A DNA stretch of 64,000 nt, from positions 1,936,391 through 2,000,390 of the forward strand of contig CAJINV010000004.1 in assembly GCA_905178155.1 (NCBI GenBank). The letters are read 5' to 3'. Positions 25,251 to 37,800 of the stretch are shown one piece after another. This stretch comes from Amoebophrya sp. A120. Taxonomy: Eukaryota; Protista; Dinoflagellata. The notes under the pieces were generated by a model that made no database searches, had not been told where the DNA came from, and worked only from the letters and a program-made list of their open reading frames with translations. Position numbers and translations under genes: made by a program. How positions within the stretch are numbered: the stretch's first letter is position 1; each line of letters begins with the position of its first letter.

Positions 25251-26307
25251 CTCCTTTCTCAAGATACATCTCTGTCATAACTTCGACACAAAGGAAGAAC
25301 CATTAGATCGCCTTCACACACACTCACCACAACATGAACATGGTGATCATCTTTATTCGATAGATCTCTAAGGTGCTCTTACCTAGATCAAAATATGCGA
25401 ATCCCATATCATTTATCATTGAATGAATTAGTGCTGATCTTCCAGCCGAAAAGTACGTGAGATCGTCGACTACACGAATACCGCAACCATTTTTTACAGT
25501 AGAGGAACTGAGAGCCTCTCCATAGAAGTGTGGCACGCAGTTTCATCTGAGGACTTTCTTTCTTTCTTTCTGTTCTTGCCCGGGCATGGCGTCAATTGTT
25601 TCAAGGCCCTCTAGTCCTGCTCAATATCGTGCTCTTCATTGCTTCTGCTCGTGGATCACCATCATGACTTTTCTGATAAAGTTAAGATTTAATTTTGTAA
25701 ACTGTTCTGCTAAATGTAAGTAGGCTTAAACGAGAAAAACCCTTGCGGGAAAAAAGTGATCGGCTTTTTTTCAAATCTTGACTTGATGAAATATGTTAAA
25801 AAGGTATATATCTGAGGACTTCTTTTTTAATGAAAAAGTAAAAGTTTCGCGCTTCTTCTTCATCGATGAATCCTCCTATTTAGCTCTGCCGGTCCGATTC
25901 ATTGCATCTTGTTCGTGCCCGTGACACCAGTTCGCTCACAATTATACAGATATTTATATACAATCAACAACAGGCCACCAAGGCAATGCAATGTCCCTAA
26001 TGAAACCGAAATATATAAATACATAAATAAACAAGTTTAATTTTAATCATTTTTGTGGTAGTGTTGGTAAAGTGAGGTTGCGTGTTGGGTGGACGTGGAT
26101 GTTTGAGAAATTTGCAAATGGCAAGTTTTTTGGCTTCATCAAAGTCAGTTGGCACAAATTTCTTTCTTAGTTATCGTTATGCTAGAGCGAGCGGTCGGTC
26201 TCAACAAAGATTTCTTCTTCATATTTTCGAATCTACTCGCTGATATACTTTTAGTTTAGTTGTAGTTTGTGCTTGTTTTTCCGACAACAGGTGTGTTGTT
26301 CAGGTGT

Positions 26308-28208
26308 TCAACTAACGCAGCAATCAGAAATGTCGAATGCCTCATCTGCGCCGAGGGGCCGGTCACCATTCAGTCGCCGGCTGCCGGACATCGGCAGGAT
26401 CATCCCCCCAAGGATCACCCCCCTCAAGATGCAGGGGGGGGGTGAGGGGGGCCAGGGGGTGGACCGGGGGCAGGAAGCAAGGGGGCAACGAGCGAGGCCG
26501 GGGGCAGGCAGCCAGGCTACGGGGGGGGGGACAAGGGCAGGCGGGCCGGCGGCAGGCAGACCGGGGGCAGGGCGGGGCGGCGTTGGTATCTGCATGCTGG
26601 AAGGCCTTCCAAGAGGATTCCTGGCTCAAGATGTGCGACAGGCGGGCAGCCACCCGAGGAGGCCCGGAAGCGCCTAGCGCCTCGCCCGCCGAGGCAGCAA
26701 AGGCGGCACAAAGAGCGCGCCCCCCCGAGCGGGAGCACGGCAAACCAACGAAGGGGGGAACGGGGAGGGAAACACAGGGCGGGGGGCGAGGGCGACGAGG
26801 CGGCGCGTGCCTCCGACCCGCAACAGGAAGGGGCAAAAGGGAATCGTCTGGGCCAGCCGTCGCGACGGCGCCGTCGCGACGGCTGGCCCAGACGACACCG
26901 CCGAAACCCTAAGCCCTAAGCCCTAAAACCTAAACCCGACGCCCTTGAGGGGGGTGATCTTGGAAACTTGAGGGGGGTGATCTTATCTTGAGGGGGATGA
27001 TCCGGCTTACGTCCCCACCAGCCCCCATTGTTCCGCTGCTGGGTTGCGTGCAAAGTCGGTGTGGTGGAGGGGATCTCGTCTTTTTCGATTGGGTCCGCGA
27101 TGTAGGTACCATGAGCATCACGGTGTCCTCGTCGGAAGCGACTATTGGGACCGAAACCGATGCCGCGAAATCTCCTCGCCTGTCCTGGCGATGATGTAGG
27201 TGGGGAGGCGATTTGGGAAAGTGGACCACTTGGTTGTAGCAACAACTGGGTGAACGACGTCTCCGCACTGGTCTGCGAATGGGTTCGCATACTGCAGTAC
27301 AGGCCGTGTTCCGCGAAGTCGAGCTTCCCGTCGTTGTTCAGGTCCGCCTGCTTCGGACACACGGCATTCTCCTCTCCGTCCAGCACCCCGTTGTGGTCGG
27401 TGTCCAGCGAGTCGAACTTGATGGTGATGAGCACGTCGCTGCGCGTGACATTGTGGTCCGATGCGAGGTCGGCGACCAGGGTGTCGAAGTGTTCCTGGGA
27501 AGCGGCCGCGATGCTGCCAGCGTGTTTCACCTGCTGAAGGCGCGCCTTGCTGGAGAACAGGGTCTGCAGTTGGGGAACGAGGGAAGTTTGTGCAAACGAG
27601 ACCGGCTGCAGGTTCGACGTGGCGAGAGGTGTGGCTTTACCTGTGGTCGTGTAGCGTACGAGGCTATTGCTCAGAGCGCACAATGAATAATCTTGCGCCA
27701 TTAGCTGATGCAAGACTTTGCTTTCCTATCAAACTTTTTCTGATGTGTGTTTCCATACCTGTGCAGGTCGGAGTCATGGTTGATGATGTCATGAAAATGC
27801 CATACGAATAACTAGATACCTTTGTTCATACTGCCGGTCTTCGGGGACCCCCCCCCCCACGCTGCAACTTCGAGGAAGGCGCTGCCGAGCGGGTGCGGGA
27901 ATCTGCATTAGTATTTTTGCGGAACGTTGAAATAGTTGCTTGGTATGAACATTTAGTTCAGATGAAGTAATCTTTTGGCCGAGCGATACTTACTGCGGCT
28001 GTGCATTATTTTAGTTTTAGCTCTACTTGCATGATTATGAGTTGCCGGTTACCAAAACAATAATACCTTTCCCTTTCGTCATTTCGTTAGCCGCATGGGG
28101 TTCGAGGCTGAACAGTTCCGCATCCTGATCCACTGTCGACTGCACAACGCCTGCTGCAGCCACGGGAAGTGAGAGCAGGAAGGCAACCGCAACAGTAGCA
28201 GCTCGCAT
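26308..28208 (-). CDS. Secreted EF-hand protein (multi-exon; 3' end uncertain)
   Basis: Signal-peptide-like MRAATVAVAFLLSLPVAAAG (ATG 28208); EF-hand loops FDSLDTDHNGVLDGEE and ADLNNDGKLDFAEH in the 27005-27700 exon. Confidence 0.7.
26844..26895. repeat. Perfect 52-bp palindrome with a nested 14-bp palindrome in each arm
   Basis: tcgtctgggccagccgtcgcgacggc|gccgtcgcgacggctggcccagacga. Confidence 0.95.
26904..26937. repeat. Interstitial telomere-like repeats (CCCTAAR variants)
   Basis: aaaccctaagccctaagccctaaaacctaaaccc; TTTAGGG is the plant-type repeat also known from dinoflagellates. Confidence 0.75.
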
Positions 28209-29930
28209 GATGATTTGTTGTTGTAGATTTGTGGACAAATTCGAATTCCTCTCCTCTGCGAAAACGGGACTCCTACGTATCTATAAGTGTACAGTTTTCG
28301 ACGTAACTTTGTTGGGCAACAAGAAAGCGACGGCCCCAACAGAGTTGGGGAAGCAAAGGAAATTGGGGCATTAAGCTGCAAAAAATGTTCCGAAAAGCAG
28401 GTGGTCTCGGCATGAAATGCGGTCTGAAGTTCTACGAAGACGAGGCCTACCCAGAGGACCGCTACTATTGCTCTACCCCTACACGAAAAGCGAGTTTGCC
28501 TGGAGCGAGGCCCCGAAGATAATCAGATATCTTCTAGTACGACTTATGAGAGGCACCAGCGCCAGGGCAAACTTTGGTGAAATGATTAAACAAGACGAAT
28601 ATCGAGTTTTTTGAAACGGACCCGATGCATGTTACAGACACAAAACTTCGCTCGCTATGCAATTTTTAACCCGTGTACGCGACTCTCGCAGGCAAAATTG
28701 CACTCGGCACGTAAAACGAGTATGTTTCCTACTTGCACTTACAATATTCTATATTACGTGCGTCAACAAAGATAGACGACCCGACACAGTCATGATGAAT
28801 TGCATTTACATATCAACCCTCCCGATGGATAAATATCACTGAGAATCAACTTCGTTTTGTTTTTGCTTCTTCAGCTTGAGCTTTGAAAGTGTGAGATATG
28901 TCCGGCTCATATTACTTAATTTGCATCACTCCGAAACATACCACCACGCATTGAGTCTTGTGGCCAAATCTCTCACGTAGCACTGGACACACGCTCCGCG
29001 CGCTGAATGTGAATTCAATTCGCGGACATGAAACAAAGATAATTGGCAGAGTCGGGCTCGGGCAATCCCGATCAAAAATTACTAGTGCTTGATAAGTGAG
29101 AAACCAGTAAGTTCCGCCAAAGTGGCCACGAAGAAAAAACCGTAGAAGTGCTTATCCATATGCTAGGCGAAAACTCCAGCAGGCTTCTCGATTGTTCATG
29201 TCCTGCTGGCCCCAGAGCATTTTCACAGGTCTGCAGTACCGCACGAAGTTTGTGCTGAACTCCTATTCTTTGCTTACTTATCCTACCCAGCAGCCGCTTC
29301 GTCATCAGAATCGATCAGAGTGCGTCCGTGTGTCTTTCGCAAACGCAAACCTCCCAGCGCGGCTCCAATCATTATTTTACCACGACTTCTAAGGGTCCCC
29401 GCGCGTCGACATTTCGACGTGCCCTCCGCAAAAATCCACCCAACCCACAAATTCGCAGCTGGCTATTATCTCCACGCCCTCGGCCGGAGGAGGTCGTGCA
29501 CCAGGCCTACGCAGACACTTTGTCGCGATGCAGCTGACCCTCCAGGTACAACGCCGCTCGTGTAGAAAGGGGAGAGGGAAACGCTCGTGCGCGCTATTGG
29601 TCCACCATCATCTGGCCTGCCGCGCGGTCACTCAAGGACGCTGCGCCGAACAATCCTGCAGATTCATGCGCAGCTGCGTCGCTGTGTGGTTGTGTGGTAC
29701 AACACCCCCAGATCATGCTGTCCAGCAGGTGTGCCCGCGCGTCTGCTGAGGATGGGGTGCTGGCCGCTCTCACGTGGGCCGCTATTTTCCAGTGTGAATG
29801 CCTCCTCCTCCTCCTCGCGGCTTCTGCTCCACCACTTTACTAGCACAAGTCCCTGCTCCTCGCTGCCTGCTTCGTCCTTCCAGTAGACCACTTTGAAGCT
29901 GCTGTATCTATGGCGTTCCTCGCCCCCTCG

Positions 29931-32900
29931 TCAACCTTCTACCGGCGGCAGCACCTTCCCGTGAAAGTAGTACCAGAGAAACGTATCAAATGCAAAAATG
30001 TCTGGGTCTGGGAGATTGCAAGATTTGTCATGCATACTTTGCACCTTGATATACCCGATTCACACTCGGGGGAACTGGAACTTTCGCGAGACCAATGGAT
30101 CATGCATACTCTAAAAATTACAGGCATGATGGATCATGCATACTTTGCATGATCCATAATGCCTGTAATTCATGGCCTAGCATCACAGATTTTTAGAGCG
30201 CTTCCTCATGCCTATTCCGCATGACAAATGCCATCTCCGCGGAGTACAAAGTCTACTCCTCTTACTGGTCACGCAAGACAAATTTTTTTCGAATCCAGAG
30301 ACAGCATCACAAGTTTAGAATCTTCCAGACCCAGACATTTTTACATTTGATAAAACGCGAGGGTGAGCCACGCGAAGGACACGCCGAAGCCCCGGCGCAG
30401 CTTATCAACTGCAAAAATGTCTGGGTCTGGAAACTTGTGATGCTGGGTGGCGTATCATGAGGAGGCCACAAGTGCTGGCTCAGCGTGGCAAGGTTCTGAG
30501 CTTCAAGGTGTTGCCTATTCTGCATGACAAACTGCGTTTCTGAATGACAGAAAAATCGGTCTCTTGGGATGTGCATGACAGATTTAAGAGTCACGCGAAA
30601 CAAGCATGACAAACTTGCACTCTTCCAGACCCAGACATTTTTGCATTTGATACAGCTGTGCCAGCATCAATAGGTTGAAGAACATGCCAAACAGCGCGAT
30701 GAGCGGCATCCCGGGGACCACGTGCTTGATGTTATCGTTTTCCAGTTCCCAGACGCTTATGGATTGCAAAAATGTCTGGGTCGGGAAGAATGCAACATTT
30801 GTGATGCAGGTTTTCGATGACCCATGAGGCCTGGCAAGCAGCGCCTAGCATGGCAGATTCTGTGAGAGTTCTAGCATGCCTATCCTGCATGGGAAACTGC
30901 CTCTCGATTAGGTCAAAAGTGGGCAGCTTTTGGTAATCATGCAACACAGATTTTTACATGATTCAGATTTAGCATGACAAGTTGCTACTTTGTTCCAGAC
31001 CCAGACATTTGTGTATTTGATAACGCTCGACATCGCGACGTGGGTCCCGATCCCGAGCAGAAACACGATCAGCATCGCCGGTTGCCACACCGGAAGTTCA
31101 GCCTCGATGCTGACCGACACGAGCAAGCTCAACACTGCGAAACCAAAAATACCGTAGAAGTAGTGGGTGTGCGTTTCAACATCGGTTTCAACATCATCCG
31201 CCGCTTGTTGGTTTTCGTTCGTGTGTGCTAGTGGGTCGGATTCCAAAGCAGCTCCAACACGATCTTCCGTGGTCCCGGTCACTCGTGTCCTTGTCGTGCT
31301 ACCTTCTCGGGTTGCTGCTCCTGCTGCGACGGCCTCAGAAGTGATCTTGGTCAGCGGTCGTGCATCATGCTGCTGCGTTTTAGCACCTCCCTCTGGTTGT
31401 TGTACGAGTGGCTCGTCCTCTCCCTTTCCAGCCACTGGATACTTGTTGTACTCCCCGTCCTCGTGATTTCTTCCTGCCATCTTCAAATGCAAAGATGAAG
31501 GCGGCTTTCTGGAAGCTAGCACCGCCAGACAGACGAGCGTGAACGCGATCAAGGTCCCGACGGAGTTCACCTCGGCCAGAAACCGGTAGGGAAACAGGGT
31601 GAGCACCGCGGAAAACCCGGCCTGCAGCAGCGTCGTGCCGACGGGCGTGTGCGTTTTGGCGTTCACCTCGGCGCACCAGGCCGGCAAATAGCCCTCCCGG
31701 GCGATGCGCAGCAGCATCCGACTGCTGGACAGCAGGTAGTTGACCGCCAGGGGAAAAATCCCCAGGCACGCGCCGATGGAAATCAGGTCCGACACCACCG
31801 GCGCCTTGTTCCTGGTCAACGCCGCCAGTGGCGTGGGGTCCTCGAGTTTCGTTACATCGCGTCGGAATGATGTTGATGTTGTTGTTGCGTCGGAATAAGT
31901 CATGGCGGAAAGGAACGACGCAAGGAAAGTGCTTGCTGTCGCCACCCCGTCTCTGCGAAGCAGTAGAGAGGTCGAGGGAGAATTCGAGCCCGCGGAGGTA
32001 GAAAAAAAAGGTAAGGAAGTAGAATCTCCGGCTGAAGTAGTGCCATCTAATTGCAGCTCCTGTGCAAGAACGCCAGTTCTCTGATGCACCACTGAGCTCG
32101 CTTTCTCCTGCAGAAACAGCAAAGCCTCGCCTCCCCCGCCGGAGGAGGAAACGGAGTCCAGATCCGCGAAGGCCTTGGCGTCGGTGAGACTCAGAATTCC
32201 GAGCGCGACGGAGAAGTAGACGGCGAAACTCCCGGCCACCGTGAGCACCATCGCGGCCGGGAGCGTGCGCTTTGGGTCCCCCTTCGTCTCCTCGGCTAAT
32301 TGGGCCAAGGACTCGAACCCGATGAAAGCGAAGACGATGATCCCCGCGCCCTCCAAAATGCCGCCCAACTATGAAATGCAAAAGCATCGTAGTATAAATC
32401 GCATGACAAATTCCCGTAGCATGAAAAATGGAATTTGTAATGCGGATTTAGGTTAGGAGGGAAATTTGTAATGCATGACTGCGATTACTACGAGTACGAT
32501 ACTTTTGCACAGGATATCAACCCCGTCGGCGCAAAGTACTTGCCGGGCTCCTCGCTCCATACGCCGACCTTCTCGGGCAGCGACCCGAAGCCGACGTAGA
32601 TGGAGAACGCGATGAAAAGACACAACGCGCCGCCCTTGGCAAACATGCCCGTGTGGTTCACAATTTTGGACATGTCAATGCCGAAGGTCACCGTGGCAGT
32701 GACGATGTATGCAATGCAAATTATATGTCTGGGTCTGGAAGGATGCGAACTTGTGATGCTGCATCTGGATTCTACGAAAATCTGTATTGCATGAACAGTA
32801 AAAGATATCCTGTTTTTGCCATTGCGAGAGGGCGTTTCTCATGCGGTATAAGAATCAGAAAGCCCTCATAAAATCTGTGATGGTATGGCATGCATCACAG

Positions 32901-33960
32901 ACATGAGGACTCATGCAAAATGTGCATGCCAATCTTCCAGACCCAGACATATTTGCAATGCATACGATGGCCCAGAACACAATGGCAACGAAGTCGAAGG
33001 AAACCAGGGCCTCCGGTTTCTCCGGCCCGTGTCCCACGGTGTTGGAAGCTTTGTTCTTCGAGGAGCCAGACGTCAGGGAAATGCCCTGGTGTGGTGATAG
33101 ATTATTGTGTTTGTCTTTTATTCAAATGACCAAGCAGCTTTATTGCAGCTACAACAGATTTTGGCTCTGCGAAAACGAGAAGACCGATGAAAAAAGAAGG
33201 CGAAAGAGATTCGTATCTATTTGTATTCGTGTAGCGCAATGGCCTCTATATCATGTTCAAGTTCAAGTTCATCTAAGTACCTCTATTATACCAGATCGAT
33301 GTCGTGAACCCGTAGTAGCGCCGCACCGGCGGTGTCTTTTCCGTTTCCGTCTTCCACGATCGGCAACACCACGGAGCGGAAGTAGTTGGCAAAGCCCTTT
33401 GCGGACACCGAGAACCCTACCATCATTTCCAAGATCAACGCGGACGCGAGCATGAACGCGGTCTGCTCCCCAAATTGCCGCAGCACGAAGCCGTAGGCCA
33501 CCCCGAGCTCCTGGCCAGTATACGCCGACGCCTCCACGTAGCAGAAGGCGCTCATCAACACGGCAAAGGCGGTGAGCGTGAAGCTGATCAGCACCGCCGG
33601 GCCCGCGGCCAGCACCGCGGGGCCGGACAGGAGAAAAATCCCGCTTCCGATCGTGCATCCCAGTCCAAAGAGGACCAAGTCCGGCAGAGACAACGCCCGT
33701 TTCAACTGGTGCAGCTGCGCGTGCTGATCCTGTTCAAGGTCGGTCTCGGTACCGATGCTGGAGGGCGGGTAGGCGTAGACCTTGCGTTTGTTCTTGTTTT
33801 GCGGCGGGAGGTTTAGGTTGTCATTGACGGTCATGCCACCTCCGCCGGCGTTCGTTTCCTCTTGTGCAGGAACAACCCCCGGTGCTCCATTGAATATCGT
33901 CGTGGCGCCAGTGCTGGAAAGCATATTGCTTTGAGCAAGAGGAACGTCACTGTCAGACAT
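29931..33960 (-). CDS. APC-superfamily cationic amino-acid transporter-like permease
   Basis: LKRALSLPDLVLFGLGCTIGSGIF..AGPAVLISF; GILEGAGIIVFAFIGFESLAQLAEETKGDPKRTLP; SSSRMLLRIAREGYLP; GTLIAFTLVCLAVL; C-terminal VPGMPLIALFGMFFNLLMLAQ-LRRGFGVSFAWLTLAF-LWYYFHG..VEG* after introner removal. Confidence 0.93.
29984..30352. mobile_element. Introner family A with a 90-bp internal insertion
   Basis: TIR present; DR aaacg; extra 30044-30133 relative to sister 17837-18102. Confidence 0.92.
30403..30652. mobile_element. Introner family A
   Basis: TIR present; DR cagct. Confidence 0.92.
30758..31022. mobile_element. Introner family A
   Basis: TIR present; DR acgct. Confidence 0.92.
32370..32516. mobile_element. 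Introner family D
   Basis: tatgaaatgcaaaagcatcgta ... tacgatacttttgcacaggata; DR ccaac/tcaac. Confidence 0.85.
32708..32964. mobile_element. Introner family A
   Basis: TIR present; DR cgatg. Confidence 0.92.
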
Positions 33961-34862
33961 AATGTATGATGTAGTTGCGCAGTCAAAACAAGAATCTGCG
34001 AGTGGGGTCTGTTAAAACGGCGTGACTCCTCAGTTTTGCGCTCGGCGGTGGAGCAGGTCGAGCAGCAACATTTTGATCAGTGAAGTAGAGTCATCTTGCT
34101 TGATTTGGACTTGCTATTCGCGTTCTTCTACCACACTCCCCTAGTTCGTCGTTCCACTTGCTCCGTGCTACGTGCCTCGAATATTCTCTTCTTGTGGAAG
34201 TAAAATCTAACGGCTTCTAGTGCGTATGTCGACAAAACCCAATTTAAATGAACCGTGAAGAACGACGACGAGCCCATTTGTCGGCAGATTACAGCTCCAG
34301 CACTCCCTTATTTCCGCTCGACGAGGCAGCGCTTGTTTTGTTAAGTTGTGAATCACAACCAAAAGCGACTGAAAGCCTCGTAAAAGTTTTGCTCTCGTTG
34401 AATTTCAACTCAAAAGGAATAATTCCTCCAACGCATTCCGCTTGATGCGGCTGGACCAAGAACTCTCTAGGAGTACGTCTCGAAGACGAAGATGAGCTTC
34501 GCAGCAGCAGCTTCAGCTTGTCGAGTTGTCTACTGAAAAAAGGATAGGTAAACAAGTAGGACCACAGTAAAGAGGACCACAAAGCGAAGAGCTGGAAGTT
34601 GAGCACGACGAATACGTCATTTCACAACACAACACTTCCGCGATATCACAGCTCTTGTGCGTATTGAGTTACGACCCCTGCAGAACAACACCGCTCGCTT
34701 CTGCAGTTCGGTATCTCCTTAATTCAGCATGCGCTCGTGGTTCCTGCAGTCACCTCTCGCAACAGCAACCTCCTGGTACGACAGTCTAATCATAAACATG
34801 CAAGAACAGACGCAGTTGATGTTGACCTTGACGCAAGCACTTTTACAAAAGGTGTTTTGTAC

Positions 34863-37800
34863 TCAGAAGAAGTGCTGCAACAGCGGTCCACTGGGTTTGG
34901 CGTATAGGCCCCACACGCTGCCCTTTTCAAATCGCAGATAGCCGCTCTGCTTTTCCGCTCCGTCCTGCGTCGCCTCCGAGTTGTTGTGTACGCGCACCTG
35001 CGTCTGCCAATCCGGGCCGTAAAAGCTGTCCAGCACCTTCTCGGGCTCGGGCGGCAGCCACACCCAAGTGTAGGCGCCAAAGGGCGTTTTGGTGCGGTAA
35101 TCGTGTAGCTCGAACAGTGGCGGATTGATGTCCAGGCGATCGAGCTCCACGCCCGCGAAGGCGGTCCTCGTCCTCGTGGTTCTCTCACTTAGAGCAGAAG
35201 TGGCGCCGGAGTGAAGAGCAGAGAGGCCGTAATTTTTCCTCACCACCGCCGTGTGATTGTGGAACACCGCTTTGTAGGCTGGCAGGAACAGCGTTTTGTT
35301 GACGGCCCCCCGGAGCCGGCTGTTCCGCCCGACCACGCGGGTGGTCCAAAAGTAGGTTTTGGGGTTCAGCTCGATCTCGTGGATCTCGATGAAGGGCGCA
35401 CCGCAGGTCAGCGTTTCCTCGAAATTCTTCGAATTCCGGAACTCCGCGACGGTCCGACTGTAGCGCACCGTGTTCCGCTTGCTGCAGAACCGCAGGCTCT
35501 GCGCCGTCGTGTACAGGTAGGACGTGTGGATGTTCAGACGCCGCAGCCGCTGCACGAAGGCGCTGCCCGGGGCGAACAGGTAAAAGAAGTCCCACGGGAC
35601 TGCGAAGTCAATGTCGATGTCCTGGGGCATGTGGCCACCGTGACGCAGCGCTCCGATCATGCTGCCGTGCGAGATCCACCAGACGGCGCCGAAAAAGTCC
35701 AAGGCGCGGCCCACGTGGTGTACCAGGGAGTACACGGTCAAAATGTCCATCGCCGTGGACTGGTGCTGCAGCGGCGGCCACGAAGGCCCCGCGGGGGGCA
35801 AAGGAACAGCAGGTTGCTCCTGGTTCTTCGGTCTATAATTTTTCGCCGGCGGTCCACCCTTGTGTGCAAGACTATCATCTGAAAACAGAGTCTCGGGGCA
35901 CATGTTCTCTGGGCAAAGGGCTTCGTCAAACAGACCGTGCATGGTTTCCCGCGACCCGGGCTGCGTCACGAGCATGCCGTCCTCTGTCCGCAAAATTTTG
36001 TGGGGACGCCGGCAGTACCGCGCGGGCCCGCGCTGCCGGGCTAACTGCAACTCTCGCTCGGACAGAACATTTTCTTCCTCGCTTGACGAGGATACTGACG
36101 TTGTCGTCGCGTCTGGTCGCATCGATGGAGACGTTTTTGACAACGGCCCGGATAAATCAAATTGGTCGTCGCCAAACTCAATCCCAGCTCTCGCGTCCAC
36201 GCTGGCGCGTGCACACTGCTCCGATAGAAGAGGTTGTACTTCTATAATGGGGACGAAATCTTTTGTCTTGCCATGTTGTACTCTCTGGTCTCGTCCTTCT
36301 TCCTCCAGCATTATCCCGGGCATTTGCGTAAACCGGCGGGGCCACCAGAACGAGTTGCGCAGCGGACGGCCAGCCACCTTGCCGGCGGTGATTTTGCTCG
36401 GATACCGTTGCTGCGGCAGAATCGGCAACTTCTGCACGGTCACCGTGTTCCGTTTCTCGTACAGAGTTGTAATAAAGTCCATTTCATTTTCGGATGAACC
36501 CGCAGGCACTGCCGGAGTTGGATCGTCCGGTACCCCTGGTGCTCCTCCACTTCCTGTTGCCACGCGCCCAGTCGAGATACGAGGAGCCAGCTCCGCAGTC
36601 CTGAACGCCGCCAACTGTCGCGCGAGCTTTTGTTCTTCGTCTTCCAGGTCTGCTGAGCACTGCAAGTGGTCCTCGTAAAATGCGTTTTCGTAAAAGATCA
36701 GCGGCGAGGTTGAGGACGGGATTTGTTCGGTGGCTACGGGTACGGCAGGACTGGAGAGAAGCGCCGTCGTCGTCGTGTTTCCTAGCTGCTGGCCTGGTTG
36801 TGGTCCTTTGGTCGTGACGTCGTTGCTCTTTACCGCATCAGCCTTTGTACTCGTACTCTGGTCGCGGGCCATCGTAGATGAACTTCCGGTCGCGGATTTT
36901 GTGTTCGCGGACAGGTGGGTACTAGTAGAAACAGGTCGCCTAGTCGTGGAAGAAGCTGGTCGACGTTGTGTACTTCTCGTACACAGCGTGCTGCTTGTCG
37001 ACGCGGACGACCATTCATTTTCGCCCGTTCCTGTTCTCTCGCTCTCCCCACCATACAACTTCTCGTGGTACGTCGCCCCGTCGGATTGCACGACGAAATC
37101 CAGCAGCGTCTGCGGCTCCAGCTGATTCGCGATGCCGTTGGTCGGATTGCGCTGGTTCAAAAGAAGAATTTCCCTCCGTCTGCGCGTCGGCTGCTGCAAA
37201 AAGAAGGGCCACTGCTGCAACAAACGCTCGTACCCGCGGTAGTTGGTTTCCGCTGCCGGGTGCCACAATTCTGACTTCTTCAATGTTTTCACAAAGTGGA
37301 CCTCGAAAAAGTCGGGGCTCCGTTCCGGGTCAGCTTTGGACAACGCGTAGCGTGCGATCTGGTCTTTCAGATTTTTCATCTCAGGTCCTGGTGCTTCATC
37401 CTTATCCATTGCATCATTATGCGCGGTGAAGTCGTGTAAACCGGACAGAAGTGCGAAAATCGGAACCTCGTTCACAGACTCACAGAAGTTATCCAGCGGG
37501 TCTTCGGCCACCACGCCCTGCCCTCCGTCGAAAAACGAAAAAGGGCTTGGCCAGGGTGTAGTTTCTTGTTCTACCTTGCTATTCATTTTTCTCGCAGGAG
37601 GTGCGGGATCCACTATTTCGTTCATTTTAGCTAGCGCCGCTGCTCCGGCCCCCGAATCTTCAGCGTTGTTGCTGTACGATCTTCCAGGGTCTGTTTTTAC
37701 CGGTTGTAGTTCATCTGGTTGTTCTACGTTATTTCCCCCCACCGCATCAGTCGTCGTAGTGAAAAAAGAATCCAACATGCCTCCGAAGAGTGACCCCGAC

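Larger units (their letters stand above)
26397..27003. mobile_element. GC-rich inverted-repeat element (GGATCATCCCCC termini) containing a hairpin and telomere-like repeats
   Basis: Left ggatcatccccccaaggatcacccccctcaagat; right three copies of cttgaggggg(g/-)(t/at)gatc ending gggggatgatcc; flanks ggca / ggct. Confidence 0.75.

Noticed and set aside
26615-26632. Dinoflagellate spliced-leader relic (tggctcaag; also near 18440 and 51627)
   Set aside because: Only ~9 nt match the SL 3' end, antisense to the genes, without the upstream CCGTAGCCATTT.
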